From Marsupella aquatica (lineage: Eukaryota > Plantae > Marchantiophyta): a DNA stretch of 64,000 nt. The position numbers were made by a program, and so were the translations under genes. How positions within the stretch are numbered: the stretch's first letter is position 1; each line of letters opens with the position of its first letter. Positions 61,281-64,000 of this stretch are shown here, piece by piece. Under the pieces are notes generated by a model that searched no databases, was not told where the DNA came from, and saw nothing but the letters and a program-made list of their open reading frames with translations. The stretch lies in NCBI GenBank assembly GCA_973895155.1, contig OZ316898.1, positions 4,030,480-4,094,479 of the forward strand, written 5' to 3'.

Positions 61281-62639
61281 CTCTGCAAAACAGATGCATT
61301 CACTCAGCATCCATTTCACATCCCCTCAACATCCATTCTACATTGATAGCGTCCTGAACATAAGCATACCTTTAATCTCTGATGTAATAAGAGATGCAAC
61401 AACTTACTGGTGATAGTTGACTGAGGTCTGCTCCTTCCACAATTTTTGAATGTGAACCCTGACTGTATATTGCTGAAGCTTCTGAAATGCTTCCACTACA
61501 CCCGCAACAAATCCATCCTGCAAGAAGAGTTGAGTTAGCATATTAATTTATGAAGAGCTGACTATTTGAGCTAAAGGAAATAAACTAAAGCCAGGTTCAT
61601 TCCTGCTGGAAAATGATTGCTTCAAGAAGGAGTTTAAATAGAAAAAGGAAGACACAGGCACATGAAGATCTACAATAAACCATCCAATAAAAAAAATACA
61701 CAAGAAGAAGAAGGAACAGTAGCGAACTTTTACAGACAGTACACAATTCCAGTCATGCATGGAAATCTGGATATAAAGTTAAGCAGGGAATCAAACTAGC
61801 CATTCAAGTAACTGACTCAAAATTTAACATACCTTGGCAACTACTGGTACGTTCTAGATTATAGACTTTAAACAGATCAAAACAAGCTGCACTTTCCTCT
61901 TATTGGACAGCTGCACAACACAGTGCAACCCAGTGCCATATGAATGTCAATCAAAGCCTTTGCTTTTCGAGTATAAATCATTTCAATCACCATTCATAAG
62001 GCAGATCAGTCATTACAAAGTTTCCAATGCTCAACATTGTATTTGAATAAGTTACTTAGTGAGAGCCTCAGACAAGTGACTTCGACAGCCTATATAGAGA
62101 GAGCCACGGCAGTTGTTGCTAATCGAGGGCACTACAAGTGCTTCACATTATGCATTTGGAGGACCTTCTGGAAGAGATTATTAAGATCTGTGTACTGATT
62201 GTCTACACTATGACAATATTCCTATGCTTCACGCTCTAGATCTTGTAATCACCCTCGATCACAGCAGGCCAATCACAGCAGCCTGATACAAAATTGCCCC
62301 CTGATCAAGACCGTGCTTGATGGAAGCAAGGAGCGCAAACAAAGAGAGGAGCTCAATTGAAGCTTCACGATTGGAGGAAGCAGCTTGATGGGCAGCTCAA
62401 TTGAAGCCGGGAGGAGCTCGAGAAGAAGGAAAGAGCTCAAACTAGGGCTCAAACGAAAGGAGGAAACTCAATTCATACTCAGCAATTGGAGAGAGCAAAA
62501 ATCATTTGACTGCAAAGCAAAGTCTATAGTAGAAGAATAGCAGGGAGAAACTGAGCAAAATAGAATGGGCCGACAGCATTTTGGCTCCAAGATTTCAAAT
62601 ACCTCTTGAGTTGGAATTGCAAAGATGATCTGTGCTTCT

Positions 62640-62900
62640 GCCCTTCGCCCCAGCCTTCAAGCACGCCCTTTGCCCCAGCCTTCAATCTCGCCCTTCAAGC
62701 TGCTCACGCTTTAGCCCTTCCAGCTCGCCCCAGCCTTCAATGTCGCCCTTCACCTTCAAGCAGCTCGCCCTTTGCCTTCAAGCTTGCCCTTCAAGCTGCT
62801 CGCGTTTAGCCCTTCCAGCTTGCGGTTTGCCCTTGAAGCTTGCACCAGCCTTCAAGCTCACCTTCAAGCTTGCACTTAGCCCTTCCAGCTTGCCCCAGCT
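62640..62900. repeat. Low-complexity short tandem repeat (ccttcaagct / gccttc units)
   Basis: Many consecutive imperfect copies. Confidence 0.75.
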
Positions 62901-64000
62901 CGATCCCACCAGCAGCCGCAACTCACACCCGCAGCGCCAATAGTCTCGCCCACAGTGTCACTTGCCCGATCACTTTCAATCCCGATCGACTTCAGCCGGG
63001 ACTTTAGCTGCACCTCACTCACACTTGCAGTTGCCACCTTCGATCAATAGAGCCGTAGCGCCCAGCCTATGTGTAAGCATTCCTTCAAAAAAGGTTGATT
63101 GAAGCAATGTCTAGACCCTGACCCAAGCTCACATTGATCACGGCCGCAACACCCAGCACCCAGCCCGAACACGACCGTAGCACCTAGATTGCTTGACCAC
63201 AACCTTTAGACAAACAGAATACAGCCGTAGCACCCCTGAGATTGCTAAAAAATTGCCGCAGCACCCTTCAGCTCACATAGGGAACATCTAGCTACAGTTC
63301 AAACATTGCAAAGGCACTGCGCGCATGCATTTCCTTTTGAAAAAAACAAGGCAGCACCATCACAAGCTTTGCGTAGCTTGATTTCCTTAAAAAAAATGAG
63401 ACAGCACCCTCACCATACGTACGCGCATGCAGTTCCTTCAAAAAAACCACGAGGCAGCAAGCACAAAGCGCCTACTTTGCGGCTCCCTTGTGCACTCCCT
63501 TTGCAAAATGGGAGTCTTTTGTCCAACGGTCCCAGTCACATTTGCCCTAAAACTGGCCAGGCAATGTAAACCATTAGATCCCCAAAAATGGACGGATGGA
63601 TGGAATCGCGATCAATCCAATATCAGGCCAACATCTATGTGGAGAATGGGTTCGACACTTTGCACCCTAAGCCTTCCCCTTTCCCCCCTCTCGGATCATC
63701 CACCTCTTGCCCAGATAATTCAAATATGTCCCTCAATGCCACCATGAAACCCTATAACACTAAGTAACCTCTTTACATATGGATGTGCCACGTGGACCAG
63801 TTATTAATGGACACGTGTTCCCCATATATGTCCAGGCCAAAAATGCCCTATCTTAAACTAACAACTTACATTGAAGAAGTGGGGTTTTTTGCACGGACCC
63901 CTATTAGACTTCTAAGTTGCAATATGTATTTCGCAACCCCTAAAGTTCTTCTACAAAAATTCTTAAGTATTCCGCAGAATTGAATTAAAAAACCCTATAC

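Larger units (their letters stand above)
55214..64000 (-). mobile_element. Large P-element-like DNA transposon (other end lies beyond the window)
   Basis: Begins cccgggggcctcaatata immediately after the copia codons KMPFEM. The terminus is homologous to the 8-bp-TSD MITEs, and it encodes a P-like transposase and a PHD protein. Confidence 0.8.

Overview
Eukaryotic nuclear DNA from a land plant, probably a bryophyte or other early-diverging lineage (inferred from the gene set; GT-AG introns throughout). Host genes are a truncated, frameshifted TRAPPC4/Trs23 fragment, a 6-exon L-Ala-D/L-amino-acid epimerase, an intronless organellar DNA gyrase B, two tandemly duplicated intronless RBBP6/Mpe1-like (DWNN-zinc knuckle-RING) genes (one disrupted), an intronless DUF1294 gene and the clock gene LUX. 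Two DNA-transposon systems unusual for plants stand out. (1) A 10.6-kb TTAA-flanked element (15621-26220, perfect 13-bp TIRs) carries a spliced Kolobok-type DDE transposase with an internal SAP motif, a convergent KolX/P2X7-ballast-like gene, and F-box and CYP450 gene fragments as apparent cargo. It sits inside one copy of the RBBP6 duplication. (2) A P-element-like transposon (55214 to beyond the window end) interrupts a Ty1/copia relic and carries an EDM2-like triple-PHD gene. Two MITEs with related CYYGG-type, G-rich termini and 8-bp TSDs lie elsewhere in the window. All family assignments come from motif recognition by eye, not database searches.
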